DNA from: Candidatus Omnitrophota bacterium | Lineage (GTDB): Bacteria; Omnitrophota; Gorgyraeia; Zapsychrales; Fredricksoniimonadaceae | DNA: 64,000 nt | Direction of reading: 5' to 3' | Assembly: GCA_015232565.1 (NCBI GenBank) | Contig: JADFZK010000007.1 | Location: forward strand, 664-64,663 | Shown: in pieces, positions 27,010 through 35,144 of the stretch | Layout: each line of letters starts with the position of its first letter | Numbering within the stretch: position 1 is the first letter of the stretch | Notes under the pieces: generated by a model | Seen by the model: only the letters and a program-made list of their open reading frames with translations | Database searches by the model: none | Told to the model about the DNA's origin: nothing | Position numbers and translations under genes: made by a program

Positions 27010-28185
27010 ATGTTCAAAAGGAATATCGCCCTCATCGTAGCGGTACTTTTCATCGCCGGAATCGGCTCGAGCCTGGTTCGCCACCGGGGAATTTCGCCTG
27101 GCGGCACCGTGGTTAAAGCCGCCGGGTATGGTGGAGTGATCTCTCTTGAAATGAACCGTGGACCGGATGGGAGCATCACGGAACTCATCCTGCTCGATCA
27201 TAATGAAACACCCTCCTGCATTAACGACCCAGCAAATTTTCTAAAGCAATTCAGTGGCAAGAAAGCACAGGATGCGCTGGCGCTCGGTAAGGACATTGAC
27301 GGTATAACCGGAGCCACCGTCACCAGCCGGGCAATCACCGATGCCGTGCGTGCCACCCTTAAAAGCGAAAAGCTCACTACCGGCAAAATCAACCCCTGGA
27401 ACATCATTTTGCCTCTGGCTCTTCTGGCCCTGGCGCTGTTCGCGCTTTTCCTGCGCAGTCCACTCTTGCGCTGGGCCGCCATGACGGCCGCTGGTCTCTA
27501 TCTCGGATTTATTTCCAAAGCCATGTTCAGCTTGGCCCAAGCGGCTAACGCCAGCTTATTACACTTCCCGCTTTTCGCGGTTAACTCCTTGTGGTGGATG
27601 ACCCTGGCACTCAGCATTATTCCGGCCTTCATAATCGGACGGCTATACTGCTCCAGCCTGTGCCCTTTCGCGCTCATCCAGGAACTGTTGGCCCGGATAC
27701 CAAAGAAGCAAACTCGTTCTCCCCAAAACTTGCCGGTTGAACTTCAGAAAACCAGCTCAGTCCTCCCATACGCGCATGTCAAATACCTGATCCTGATCAT
27801 TGTGCTGGCCTTATGCTTTATTCTCGGGGATACTTCGGCGGCAAATATCGAAGTCTTCATTACTTTCTTTACCGGACGCGGCCTTCCGCTGGCCTGGGTA
27901 ACCCTCACCCTGGCCCTGACGGCCAGTGTATTCTACGGACACTTTTGGTGCCGCTACCTGTGCCCGGCGGGCGCACTCCTGGGAACCTGCGCCAGCCTGG
28001 CGCCGCTCAAGATCCGAGCCGCGCACGGCTGTAACTCGTGCGGAGCCTGCCTGAACATTTGTCCGGTTGAAGCCATTACCGCTCAAGGTACCAGCGTAGA
28101 GATCAATAATGCCGAATGCCTGCTGTGCGGTAAATGCCTGCGGGCCTGCTCCAAAAACATTCTGGCGCTCAGAAAACGATCATGA
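27010..28185 (+). CDS. NosR/NapH-like membrane redox protein with a periplasmic FMN-binding domain, a TM bundle and a C-terminal 2x[4Fe-4S] ferredoxin
   Basis: An N-terminal TM helix is followed by an FMN_bind-like motif (DGITGATVTSRAITDAV). The membrane helices carry the CxxxCP motifs CSSLCPF and CRYLCPAG. The C-terminus reads CNSCGACLNICP...CLLCGKCLRAC. Confidence 0.65.
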   Translation: MFKRNIALIVAVLFIAGIGSSLVRHRGISPGGTVVKAAGYGGVISLEMNRGPDGSITELILLDHNETPSCINDPANFLKQFSGKKAQDALALGKDIDGITGATVTSRAITDAVRATLKSEKLTTGKINPWNIILPLALLALALFALFLRSPLLRWAAMTAAGLYLGFISKAMFSLAQAANASLLHFPLFAVNSLWWMTLALSIIPAFIIGRLYCSSLCPFALIQELLARIPKKQTRSPQNLPVELQKTSSVLPYAHVKYLILIIVLALCFILGDTSAANIEVFITFFTGRGLPLAWVTLTLALTASVFYGHFWCRYLCPAGALLGTCASLAPLKIRAAHGCNSCGACLNICPVEAITAQGTSVEINNAECLLCGKCLRACSKNILALRKRS

Positions 28186-28385
28186 AAAGATCCCTCTCCC
28201 TGCTGATCATTTCGGGATGCACTTTAATGGCCCTGCAGATCGGCGTGAATATCCGACTTCAACACGCTGACCCGGTGGCCATTACCGAAACAGTCTCGCC
28301 CGCGCAGATCATCGCGCTCCGCTCCGAGCTGGAAGCCAAAGGCTTGGCTTTATATCCCGCTTTGTACTGGAACGAGGTAAAATAA
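28182..28385 (+). CDS. Small putative lipoprotein (~67 aa)
   Basis: MKRSLSLLIISGC carries an ISGC lipobox. Its ATG overlaps the upstream stop codon (ATGA), which suggests translational coupling. Confidence 0.4.
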   Translation: MKRSLSLLIISGCTLMALQIGVNIRLQHADPVAITETVSPAQIIALRSELEAKGLALYPALYWNEVK

Positions 28386-28389
28386 GCTT

Positions 28390-29364
28390 ATGCCAAAGAT
28401 CGAATGCACTTTATGCCCGCGCAAATGCAAACTGGGACATGGCCAGCGCGGCGATTGCCGCGTGCGCACCAATGTTGGCGGCCGGTTATTTTCACTTGCC
28501 TTCGGCAACCCCTGCGCGGTACACACGGATCCTATCGAGAAAAAACCGGTGTTCCATATGCTCCCGGGAACCACCGCTTTTTCCATCGCCACCGCCGGCT
28601 GTAACCTGCACTGCCTGTACTGCCAGAACTGGGAGATCTCGCAACGCCCGCCGGAAGAAACCAGCAACACCACGCTCCCGCCGGAAGAAGTGGTAGCCAG
28701 CGCGCTCAAGGCCGGTTGCCGCAGTATTGCCTACACTTATTCCGAGCCGATCGTTTTCTACGAATACACCCTGGAGACCTCGCGTTTAGCCCACAAAAAA
28801 GGCCTCCGGAACATCCTGGTAACGGCCGGATACATTGAACAGGAACCGCTGGTTGAACTTTGCAAAGTAACTACCGCGGCCAGCGTGAACCTTAAAGGCA
28901 TAACCGAGGATTTCTATAAAAAGATGTGCAACGCTTCGTTAAAGCCCGTGCAGGAAGCCATCCTGACCATGAAGAAAAACGGGGTATGGGTGGAAATAAT
29001 AAATCTGGTAATACCCACCTGGAACGACAGCGACGCCGACCTGCGCGGGCTGGCCCGCTGGGTAAAAGAGAACTGCGGGAAAGATACCCCTTTGCACCTC
29101 TCCCGTTTCTGGCCCATGCATAAACTGCAGAATTTACCGCCCACTCCGGAAGCCACGCTTAACCGCGCCTGGGAGCTTTCGCGTGCCGAGGGACTGGCTC
29201 ACGTTTATGTGGGCAATATCCCGCAACATCCCGGCAACAACACCACCTGCCCGGCGTGCGGGAAAACCATCATTCAGCGTTACGGCTATGAGATCCAGGA
29301 GAATAACCTGAAAAAAGGAAAATGCGGATACTGCGGTGTCCCTATTCCAGGAATATGGGAGTAA
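28390..29364 (+). CDS. Radical SAM enzyme of the AmmeMemoRadiSam / PflA-like activase type
   Basis: It has an N-terminal Cys cluster (CTLCPRKCKLGHGQRGDCRVR) and the CNLHCLYCQNW CxxxCxxC motif, with a C-terminal zinc ribbon (CPACG...CGYCG). No AMMECR1 or MEMO partner is encoded nearby. Confidence 0.7.
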   Translation: MPKIECTLCPRKCKLGHGQRGDCRVRTNVGGRLFSLAFGNPCAVHTDPIEKKPVFHMLPGTTAFSIATAGCNLHCLYCQNWEISQRPPEETSNTTLPPEEVVASALKAGCRSIAYTYSEPIVFYEYTLETSRLAHKKGLRNILVTAGYIEQEPLVELCKVTTAASVNLKGITEDFYKKMCNASLKPVQEAILTMKKNGVWVEIINLVIPTWNDSDADLRGLARWVKENCGKDTPLHLSRFWPMHKLQNLPPTPEATLNRAWELSRAEGLAHVYVGNIPQHPGNNTTCPACGKTIIQRYGYEIQENNLKKGKCGYCGVPIPGIWE

Positions 29365-29376
29365 AAAACATTCCTA

Positions 29377-29531
29377 TGAACAGAAATCAATTCCTGAAAT
29401 TATGTTTAGCCAGCCTGGGAGCGATCACCCTGGCCAAATTATCCGGCGGGGCATTAACTGGTAAGAAACCTTATCCCCAGCTCAAGGAAGCCTTATTTTA
29501 CCGCCGCAGTCCCGACAGCCTGGCGGGTTAA
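29377..29531 (+). CDS. Small ORF (51 aa) with a Tat-like signal (NRNQFLK) and a short tail. It may be a gene remnant or a small secreted peptide.
   Basis: My own reading gives MNRNQFLKLCLASLGAITLAKLSGGALTGKKPYPQLKEALFYRRSPDSLAG. The start is 13 nt after the radical SAM stop, with GGGAG upstream. The ORF is convergent with the next minus-strand gene. Confidence 0.25.
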
Positions 29532-31531
29532 GACGCCGTTCTGGCGACTCCCCGGCCTTGCGCCAGATAGACCGCAAAATGCAAGGCCGCGGCAAATGCA
29601 AAAGCTTGCGGCATACCCCACAAAGGGATCAGGAAAACTCCCCCTAACAAAGCGCCGGGCACCGCCCCCAGCAGATCCAGCCCATAAGCCTTTGGGACCG
29701 AAGCTATATCGTCGGAAGCCATTCTGAATATCCAGCCGCCGCAATAACCCGCCATAAACGGCAATACCACCAGAAAAACCATCGCCCAGGCGTTGTTATG
29801 CATAACATATGGAGCCAGAAAGCCGGCCGCCGCCAGCAGAACACCTCCCGCCAAAACCGCCTTACCCAAGCCAACACTGCTGGAAAGTTGCCAACTGCCG
29901 CAGGCCAAACCCAGCATGAACAGCGCCAGCAAACCACCCAGCAGACTGTAGACATTCCCGAAAACGGTTTGCAATATCATAACTACCCCGACCTGAAAAA
30001 GCATCTGGCTGAACCCCGCGACCACCAGCGCGGCCCGCGCATTGGCGCTTACCCCGCGAGCCCAAAAGAAAACCACCACCGGCAACACCCACAACCATAA
30101 AGAATATTTACGGAAGAATGCCGCCAAGGCCGAAAACCCCGCACCCGTCCGGACAGTTTGATAAACCAGGTTATCCACCACCGCCAAAGGCCGGAGATCA
30201 GTATTTACCTCGCCCCCGCCTTGAACCAGGTCGCTGGCGGCCTCTACCCGCCGTAAACTCAGTCGATCATTGAAGAATTCAGGACGCACAAAACGAGTAG
30301 CCACTCCGCGCGCCTTAAGGCGCGCCGAAAGAATTGCCGGATCAATCTTATCCGACCCGGTTAAAAAAATATATCGCCCGCCGGGAATCACCGCAACACG
30401 GCCGAACACGCTCTTAAGCGTTGCGTACAGACCGGAAAGTGCCCGTCGGCCTTCGCTATTTACATATTCTTCCGACGCGCTCATTGTTGCGGAGAATATG
30501 CCGTTCACCGTCAGGGCCGCGCGGGCATCGGCAAAAAACTCCCGGGTATAATATCGGCCCGCCAAAGCCGACAAAGGATCCCCGGCGGCAACAATTATCA
30601 CGTCATAAGGCCCGCGCCGCTCACGCAACCAGCGGCGGCCATCACCCACCAGAACCCGGACCCGGGGATCCTGCAATGACTGCGCCACATCAGGAAAAAG
30701 ATCCCGCACCAGGGCCGCAACCTGGGCGTCTTGTTCAACCACGTCCAGGCACAACCCGGGATATTTTAAGGCCTCGGCGACCGCTCCGCTGGCCAGGCCG
30801 CCGATCAGCAATACTTTCAGCGGAGCCGGATGGGCCAGCAAAGAATAATGTACTGTTTCCTCGGCGGTCAAAGCGTCACGCGTGGTTGCAGTATGCAGGC
30901 CGTTTACGAACAAACTGCGTGCACCGCCTCGCTCGGCCACCACCAGGGAAGCGTAGGGCGTTTCCCGGGCGGCCAACACCTGATAGCCGGGCCACTGGCC
31001 GGAACGGACTAAACTGTCAGCATTACATCCGGGGCCAACAAACCACAGCGCGGTCAAAAAAGCTCCCGCCGCAAACCCGATCGATTCCAAAGCATAGGTC
31101 CGGGCTCCCTGGCCCGGAGCGCCACCGGACACCAAAGCGCGAAAACAGGTCCCGCCCAGGAATCCGGCCGGGAAAACCGCCAGGATAACTACCGCCAGAG
31201 TAGCAAAAAAACCGGTCGATTCTCCCAAAGACCAGCCCAGCCACAGCCGCACATAACGCACGGCCCAGAACGCGAACAATGCGGTCAGCAAACATAAAAC
31301 CAGCCCTGTCCGGCCAGGCTTACCCGCCCGCCAGATCAGACTGCCCGCCGCTATACCGATGGTCCACGCGGCCAGCAAAAGACTGAAGACCAGTTCATTG
31401 CCATACAATACCGCCATCAGCTCACGAAAAAGCCCAACCTGGACCACCGCCAGCCCCAAACCCAAAAGAAAAGCGCGGAACATTTGTCCCGCGCTTTTCT
31501 TTACATCACTAGTGGATCCAGTGCAGATCAT
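29528..31531 (-). CDS. Membrane-anchored spermidine synthase-like aminopropyltransferase (polytopic N-terminal domain + SpeE-like catalytic domain + C-terminal TM region)
   Basis: The SpeE-like core reads VLLIGGLASGAVAEAL...VLVGDGRRWL...YDVIIVAAGDP. There are multiple hydrophobic helices at both ends. The protein is 667 aa. Confidence 0.7.
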   Translation of the reverse strand: MICTGSTSDVKKSAGQMFRAFLLGLGLAVVQVGLFRELMAVLYGNELVFSLLLAAWTIGIAAGSLIWRAGKPGRTGLVLCLLTALFAFWAVRYVRLWLGWSLGESTGFFATLAVVILAVFPAGFLGGTCFRALVSGGAPGQGARTYALESIGFAAGAFLTALWFVGPGCNADSLVRSGQWPGYQVLAARETPYASLVVAERGGARSLFVNGLHTATTRDALTAEETVHYSLLAHPAPLKVLLIGGLASGAVAEALKYPGLCLDVVEQDAQVAALVRDLFPDVAQSLQDPRVRVLVGDGRRWLRERRGPYDVIIVAAGDPLSALAGRYYTREFFADARAALTVNGIFSATMSASEEYVNSEGRRALSGLYATLKSVFGRVAVIPGGRYIFLTGSDKIDPAILSARLKARGVATRFVRPEFFNDRLSLRRVEAASDLVQGGGEVNTDLRPLAVVDNLVYQTVRTGAGFSALAAFFRKYSLWLWVLPVVVFFWARGVSANARAALVVAGFSQMLFQVGVVMILQTVFGNVYSLLGGLLALFMLGLACGSWQLSSSVGLGKAVLAGGVLLAAAGFLAPYVMHNNAWAMVFLVVLPFMAGYCGGWIFRMASDDIASVPKAYGLDLLGAVPGALLGGVFLIPLWGMPQAFAFAAALHFAVYLAQGRGVARTAS

Positions 31532-32208
31532 TTATTGATATTCTGTTTGTTAAAGAAATCCCAAAGAATCTTGGCCGCCAGGTCTTTACCGCCCAAACCA
31601 AAGGCCAGGGCTAAAGCCAGGCAAGTTGCGGCAAAAAAGATCTGGAAAGTAGTCGTTACAAAGAACGAAGCCACATTCAACTCTTCCAATACAACTACGG
31701 TGGTAAATACCAGGATCGCACCCTTGGCAATACTGCCCAGGAACTCGGCACGCGACAAGCCGGCATCGGAAGCCGTGGCCTTGATGACCCCCGATATCAG
31801 GTTGGCCAGGAACATCCCCACGATCAAAACGAACACCGCGGAAACCACGTTGGGTATATAGGAAGAGACTTTGACCAAAAGCGTAGCCGCCACGTTCAAG
31901 CCGATAGCATCAACCGTAATTGCAAAGACCACGATCATGGCCATCCAGTACACCGCCGAAACCATTAAAGCAGTCGGCGACAAAAGCACATTGCCTTTGT
32001 TTAAAAGATCGGTGAGACCTATTTTGGCCGCAAGATCATTGAACTTTATCGCTTCCAAACCTTTCTGAACCATACCGCTGGCAACTTTGGCGATCACCCA
32101 CCCCATAAGCAGAACGACCAGGGCTCCGAACAGCACCGGAACGAACGACGCCACCTTGGTGAACATAGTCTTGACCGGGTCCAGAATTATTAGATCCCAT
32201 CCGTACAT
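31528..32208 (-). CDS. Membrane protein with MscS-type 'conserved TM helix' repeats
   Basis: There are three repeats of a hydrophobic helix followed by a charged motif (GWVIAKVASGMVQKG; GMFLANLISGVIKATAS). Confidence 0.45.
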   Translation of the reverse strand: MYGWDLIILDPVKTMFTKVASFVPVLFGALVVLLMGWVIAKVASGMVQKGLEAIKFNDLAAKIGLTDLLNKGNVLLSPTALMVSAVYWMAMIVVFAITVDAIGLNVAATLLVKVSSYIPNVVSAVFVLIVGMFLANLISGVIKATASDAGLSRAEFLGSIAKGAILVFTTVVVLEELNVASFFVTTTFQIFFAATCLALALAFGLGGKDLAAKILWDFFNKQNINK

Positions 32209-32302
32209 AAGCCCCTCCTTGTTATGGTTTTACAGAATACCCACATTGTATACCAAACTTGTTCCACCGGACTGAAAAACTTTGGAATAAAGTTTATCAA
32301 TT

Positions 32303-34066
32303 TCAATAACCGGTTCTGATACGGCCGGCATCACGGCGCAAAGGGAATACCGGATGTACAATGGAATTCACATTTGCCAGATCAGCAATAAGATCATACT
32401 GCCCGGCTTCGGCCAAACCCAGGCGTAAGCGCTCATTGGTCATCACCCTGAGATCGTTTGTTTTTAAAGGCTGAAAGGTTGTCAGGTCGCGCTCTTCTGC
32501 CGAGGCCATGATAAAACCGGCAGTCAAGGCAAAAAGATAGCCCCGCAAAACCTCAACCTCACTACCCACTGCCGCCAGGGCGGCCGGGTCAGAATCTTCC
32601 AGCCGGGAAAAGAAAGGCGTCAAGGACCGGTACCCCGCGGCGGAAAGGCTATTGCTCAAAATGTCCCAGACCTTTCTTTCGTCACGCGACCTCTCGTTGG
32701 CCAGCCCCGGGGCATCAATAATCAGCAACCCGCCGGAAGCTAAACGCGCCCGCACAAAAGAGTAAAATTCACGGCTATACAATTTCGCCAGATCAAAATC
32801 GTCCGGATTAGGAAAATCACAAAAGACCATATCAAACTGTTCCCGGGAACGGCGCACATACTGGTAAGCATCTCCTTTTACCACCCGCACCCGGGGATCG
32901 ATCAGGGAGTTATGGTTTAAGTCGGCCAGAGCCCGGACATTCCGGAAAATAGCCAACACCAGCGGGTCAATATCGACCAGTACCACTTCCTTGACGGAAG
33001 GATATTTTAATACTTCCCGTAAAAGCAAACCGTCACCCGCTCCCAGGATCAGGACCTTCTGCGGCGCCCGCTCCTGCGCCGCTACCGGAATATGCGCAAA
33101 AGCCTCGTGATAAATACGCTCAAATGAGACCGCGAACTGAAAATCATTATTCAGGAACAATACCGCGCCTTCCAGGTCTTTATTCTGCCCGGGCTCCGGC
33201 TTTATGTAAGCCGCTCCGAGGGCCCGGGCCTCGGGACCAATATCATCGGCGGTAACCAGGTCTATCACCTGGTAAGGCGAACGCAGGCGCTCCACCCGCC
33301 CGGGATAAATACGCGGCTTAAAGAATTCAACCGGCGTAAGCGCATCCTGAAAACTGAAATAATATTTTGCCGTGAAATAACCTTCGATCCGCGGGGAAAT
33401 GCAGTATAAAGCAGTGAGCAAAAAGACCAATAACCAGACGCGTTTGCGTCCGGACCGCGCGCGGGAATGCCACAACAACCACAAAGCCGCCACGGCATTT
33501 ATTAGCGCCACCAGCACAGCGGCAGACATAATACTCATCGCGGGCAAAATGACTAAAGGGAAAACCAGGCCGGCGGCCAGTGATCCGGCATAATCCGCCA
33601 ACAGTATCCTGGCCACTTTCTCCCCGGGCGTACTGGCGGGTTTACCGGCGGGAACTTCCTCGGCCATTAACATCAGCAAGGGCAGTTCCATGCCAGCTCC
33701 GATGCCAACCCCTAAAGAAGCCAGGAAAGCCACCCCAAAGAAAAGCCCGCGGCCCAAAAGATCGTTACCCGTCAAGCTCAGGAATAACCCGCCCAAAGCC
33801 GCGCAATAAACCGCCAGAACCGAAACCCCACCCGCCAAAGCCAGGCCGGACTCTACCTTTAATAATCTACGCCAGGCGGGTTCTTTGTTGCCTGCCAGGC
33901 CGGTAAGCCAGGCCCCCAAACCCATGCCTCCGATAAATATGCCGACCGCCAAAGCATACCAGATAGCATTATTAACCGCCCACAAAGACACCGCGCGCGC
34001 GATCAACAGCTCGTAAAAGAGCGCGCAGAACGCCAGCACGAAGGTGAACGGATAAATGAAGGTCAT
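32303..34066 (-). CDS. Membrane-anchored spermidine synthase-like aminopropyltransferase, paralog of 29528..31531
   Basis: The N-terminal polytopic domain carries FCALFYELLIAR...ELPLLMLMA...DYAGSLAAGLVF. The SpeE core reads VLILGAGDGLLLREVLKYPSVKEVVLVDIDP...VVKGDAYQY...MVFCDFPNPDD. Confidence 0.7.
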   Translation of the reverse strand: MTFIYPFTFVLAFCALFYELLIARAVSLWAVNNAIWYALAVGIFIGGMGLGAWLTGLAGNKEPAWRRLLKVESGLALAGGVSVLAVYCAALGGLFLSLTGNDLLGRGLFFGVAFLASLGVGIGAGMELPLLMLMAEEVPAGKPASTPGEKVARILLADYAGSLAAGLVFPLVILPAMSIMSAAVLVALINAVAALWLLWHSRARSGRKRVWLLVFLLTALYCISPRIEGYFTAKYYFSFQDALTPVEFFKPRIYPGRVERLRSPYQVIDLVTADDIGPEARALGAAYIKPEPGQNKDLEGAVLFLNNDFQFAVSFERIYHEAFAHIPVAAQERAPQKVLILGAGDGLLLREVLKYPSVKEVVLVDIDPLVLAIFRNVRALADLNHNSLIDPRVRVVKGDAYQYVRRSREQFDMVFCDFPNPDDFDLAKLYSREFYSFVRARLASGGLLIIDAPGLANERSRDERKVWDILSNSLSAAGYRSLTPFFSRLEDSDPAALAAVGSEVEVLRGYLFALTAGFIMASAEERDLTTFQPLKTNDLRVMTNERLRLGLAEAGQYDLIADLANVNSIVHPVFPLRRDAGRIRTGY

Positions 34067-34428
34067 TGGTCGTTGAACCCGCGAGTAAAAACCCTGATAT
34101 CAACGTGCGCCGCCTGAAAAGATTGTTTTAAGTGTTCGATGGCCCGCTCAGGAAACATAACACCGCAGGTCAGGATGTCAAAGGCGACATAACCCGCTTC
34201 CGGCCAGGTGTGCAGGGAAAAATGCGACTCGGCGATGAAGATCATCCCGGTAACCCCCCGCGGCTCGAACTGATGGAAAAAAGATTCCAGGATGGTCGCC
34301 CCGCTCAAGCGCGCGGCTTCCAGGAAGGGTTCTCGGATATCGGCAATACAGGAAACTTTCTCCGCCGGACAACCGCTGAACTCCACCAGATAATGTTTCC
34401 CGAAAGAGTGGTCCCGGTCGTCCATCAA
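34063..34428 (-). CDS. speH: S-adenosylmethionine decarboxylase proenzyme, small pyruvoyl-dependent SpeH type
   Basis: FIAESHFSLHTWPE contains the self-cleavage ES/H site and is a class 1b AdoMetDC hallmark. The protein is 121 aa. Confidence 0.8.
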   Translation of the reverse strand: MMDDRDHSFGKHYLVEFSGCPAEKVSCIADIREPFLEAARLSGATILESFFHQFEPRGVTGMIFIAESHFSLHTWPEAGYVAFDILTCGVMFPERAIEHLKQSFQAAHVDIRVFTRGFNDQ

Positions 34429-35099
34429 TTCACCGCCCCAAGGTAAAATGCCAGTAAGCCTTTTTCCAGCCCCGTGCTAACCGCCAGGACTGCCGTCGCG
34501 CCGCCTAACAAGGCCAGTGAAGCGGCCAAAGCCGGGCCGCGCAATTCCTCGAGATCGGTGCCGTACTTTACGCTTACCGCCACCGCGGCCAAAGCATTCA
34601 GCACCACCACCTGAAAAACCGCCCGCACCAAGCCTGCCGTTGGATAAAAATAAAATACGAAAACCAAAGTTGCCACACAAGCGCCCGCGTAATCAATAGC
34701 GATCAGGCCGGATCGGGAAGGCTGGCCGCTCCGCCCGGCCATCAGCAACATCAAGGGCAATTCCAGTCCGGTAAGAAAACCGATCAAGGCTACCAGAAAA
34801 TACGCCCAGATCACCACCAGGAAGACCGGCAGATTCAGGCCGGAAACAATAAAAAGACTGACGATGCTTCCCGCACCCGCCCAAGCCAGCAACACTTCCG
34901 CCTGCCACAGCACCAAAGCCGGACGACGAGTATCCAACCTGGCCGAAGCCAGCGAACCCAGCCCCATAGCAAACATATACAGGCCGATAGTCGTGCAATA
35001 ACGCAGAACGGTATTATCCAGGAAAGCCGAAAGGCCCTGGGCCAGGATCAATTCGTAGGACAAACCACAGAAAGCGAGGATGAATTTAAGGCTCAGCAT
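34425..35099 (-). CDS. Stand-alone paralog of the N-terminal polytopic membrane domain found in the adjacent aminopropyltransferases
   Basis: It shares FCGLSYELILAQ..GLGSLA..ELPLMLLMA..DYAGACVATLVF with the N-terminus of 32303..34066. Confidence 0.5.
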   Translation of the reverse strand: MLSLKFILAFCGLSYELILAQGLSAFLDNTVLRYCTTIGLYMFAMGLGSLASARLDTRRPALVLWQAEVLLAWAGAGSIVSLFIVSGLNLPVFLVVIWAYFLVALIGFLTGLELPLMLLMAGRSGQPSRSGLIAIDYAGACVATLVFVFYFYPTAGLVRAVFQVVVLNALAAVAVSVKYGTDLEELRGPALAASLALLGGATAVLAVSTGLEKGLLAFYLGAVN

Positions 35100-35144
35100 A
35101 TCCCTGCCTTTAAAAAAGATTAAGGGTGCTCAACCACACCAGGC

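Noticed and set aside
30421-31188. 255-aa plus-strand ORF rich in Pro/Arg/Gly
   Set aside because: It is antisense to the membrane aminopropyltransferase gene. The composition is typical of a reverse-frame reading of GC-rich membrane-protein codons.
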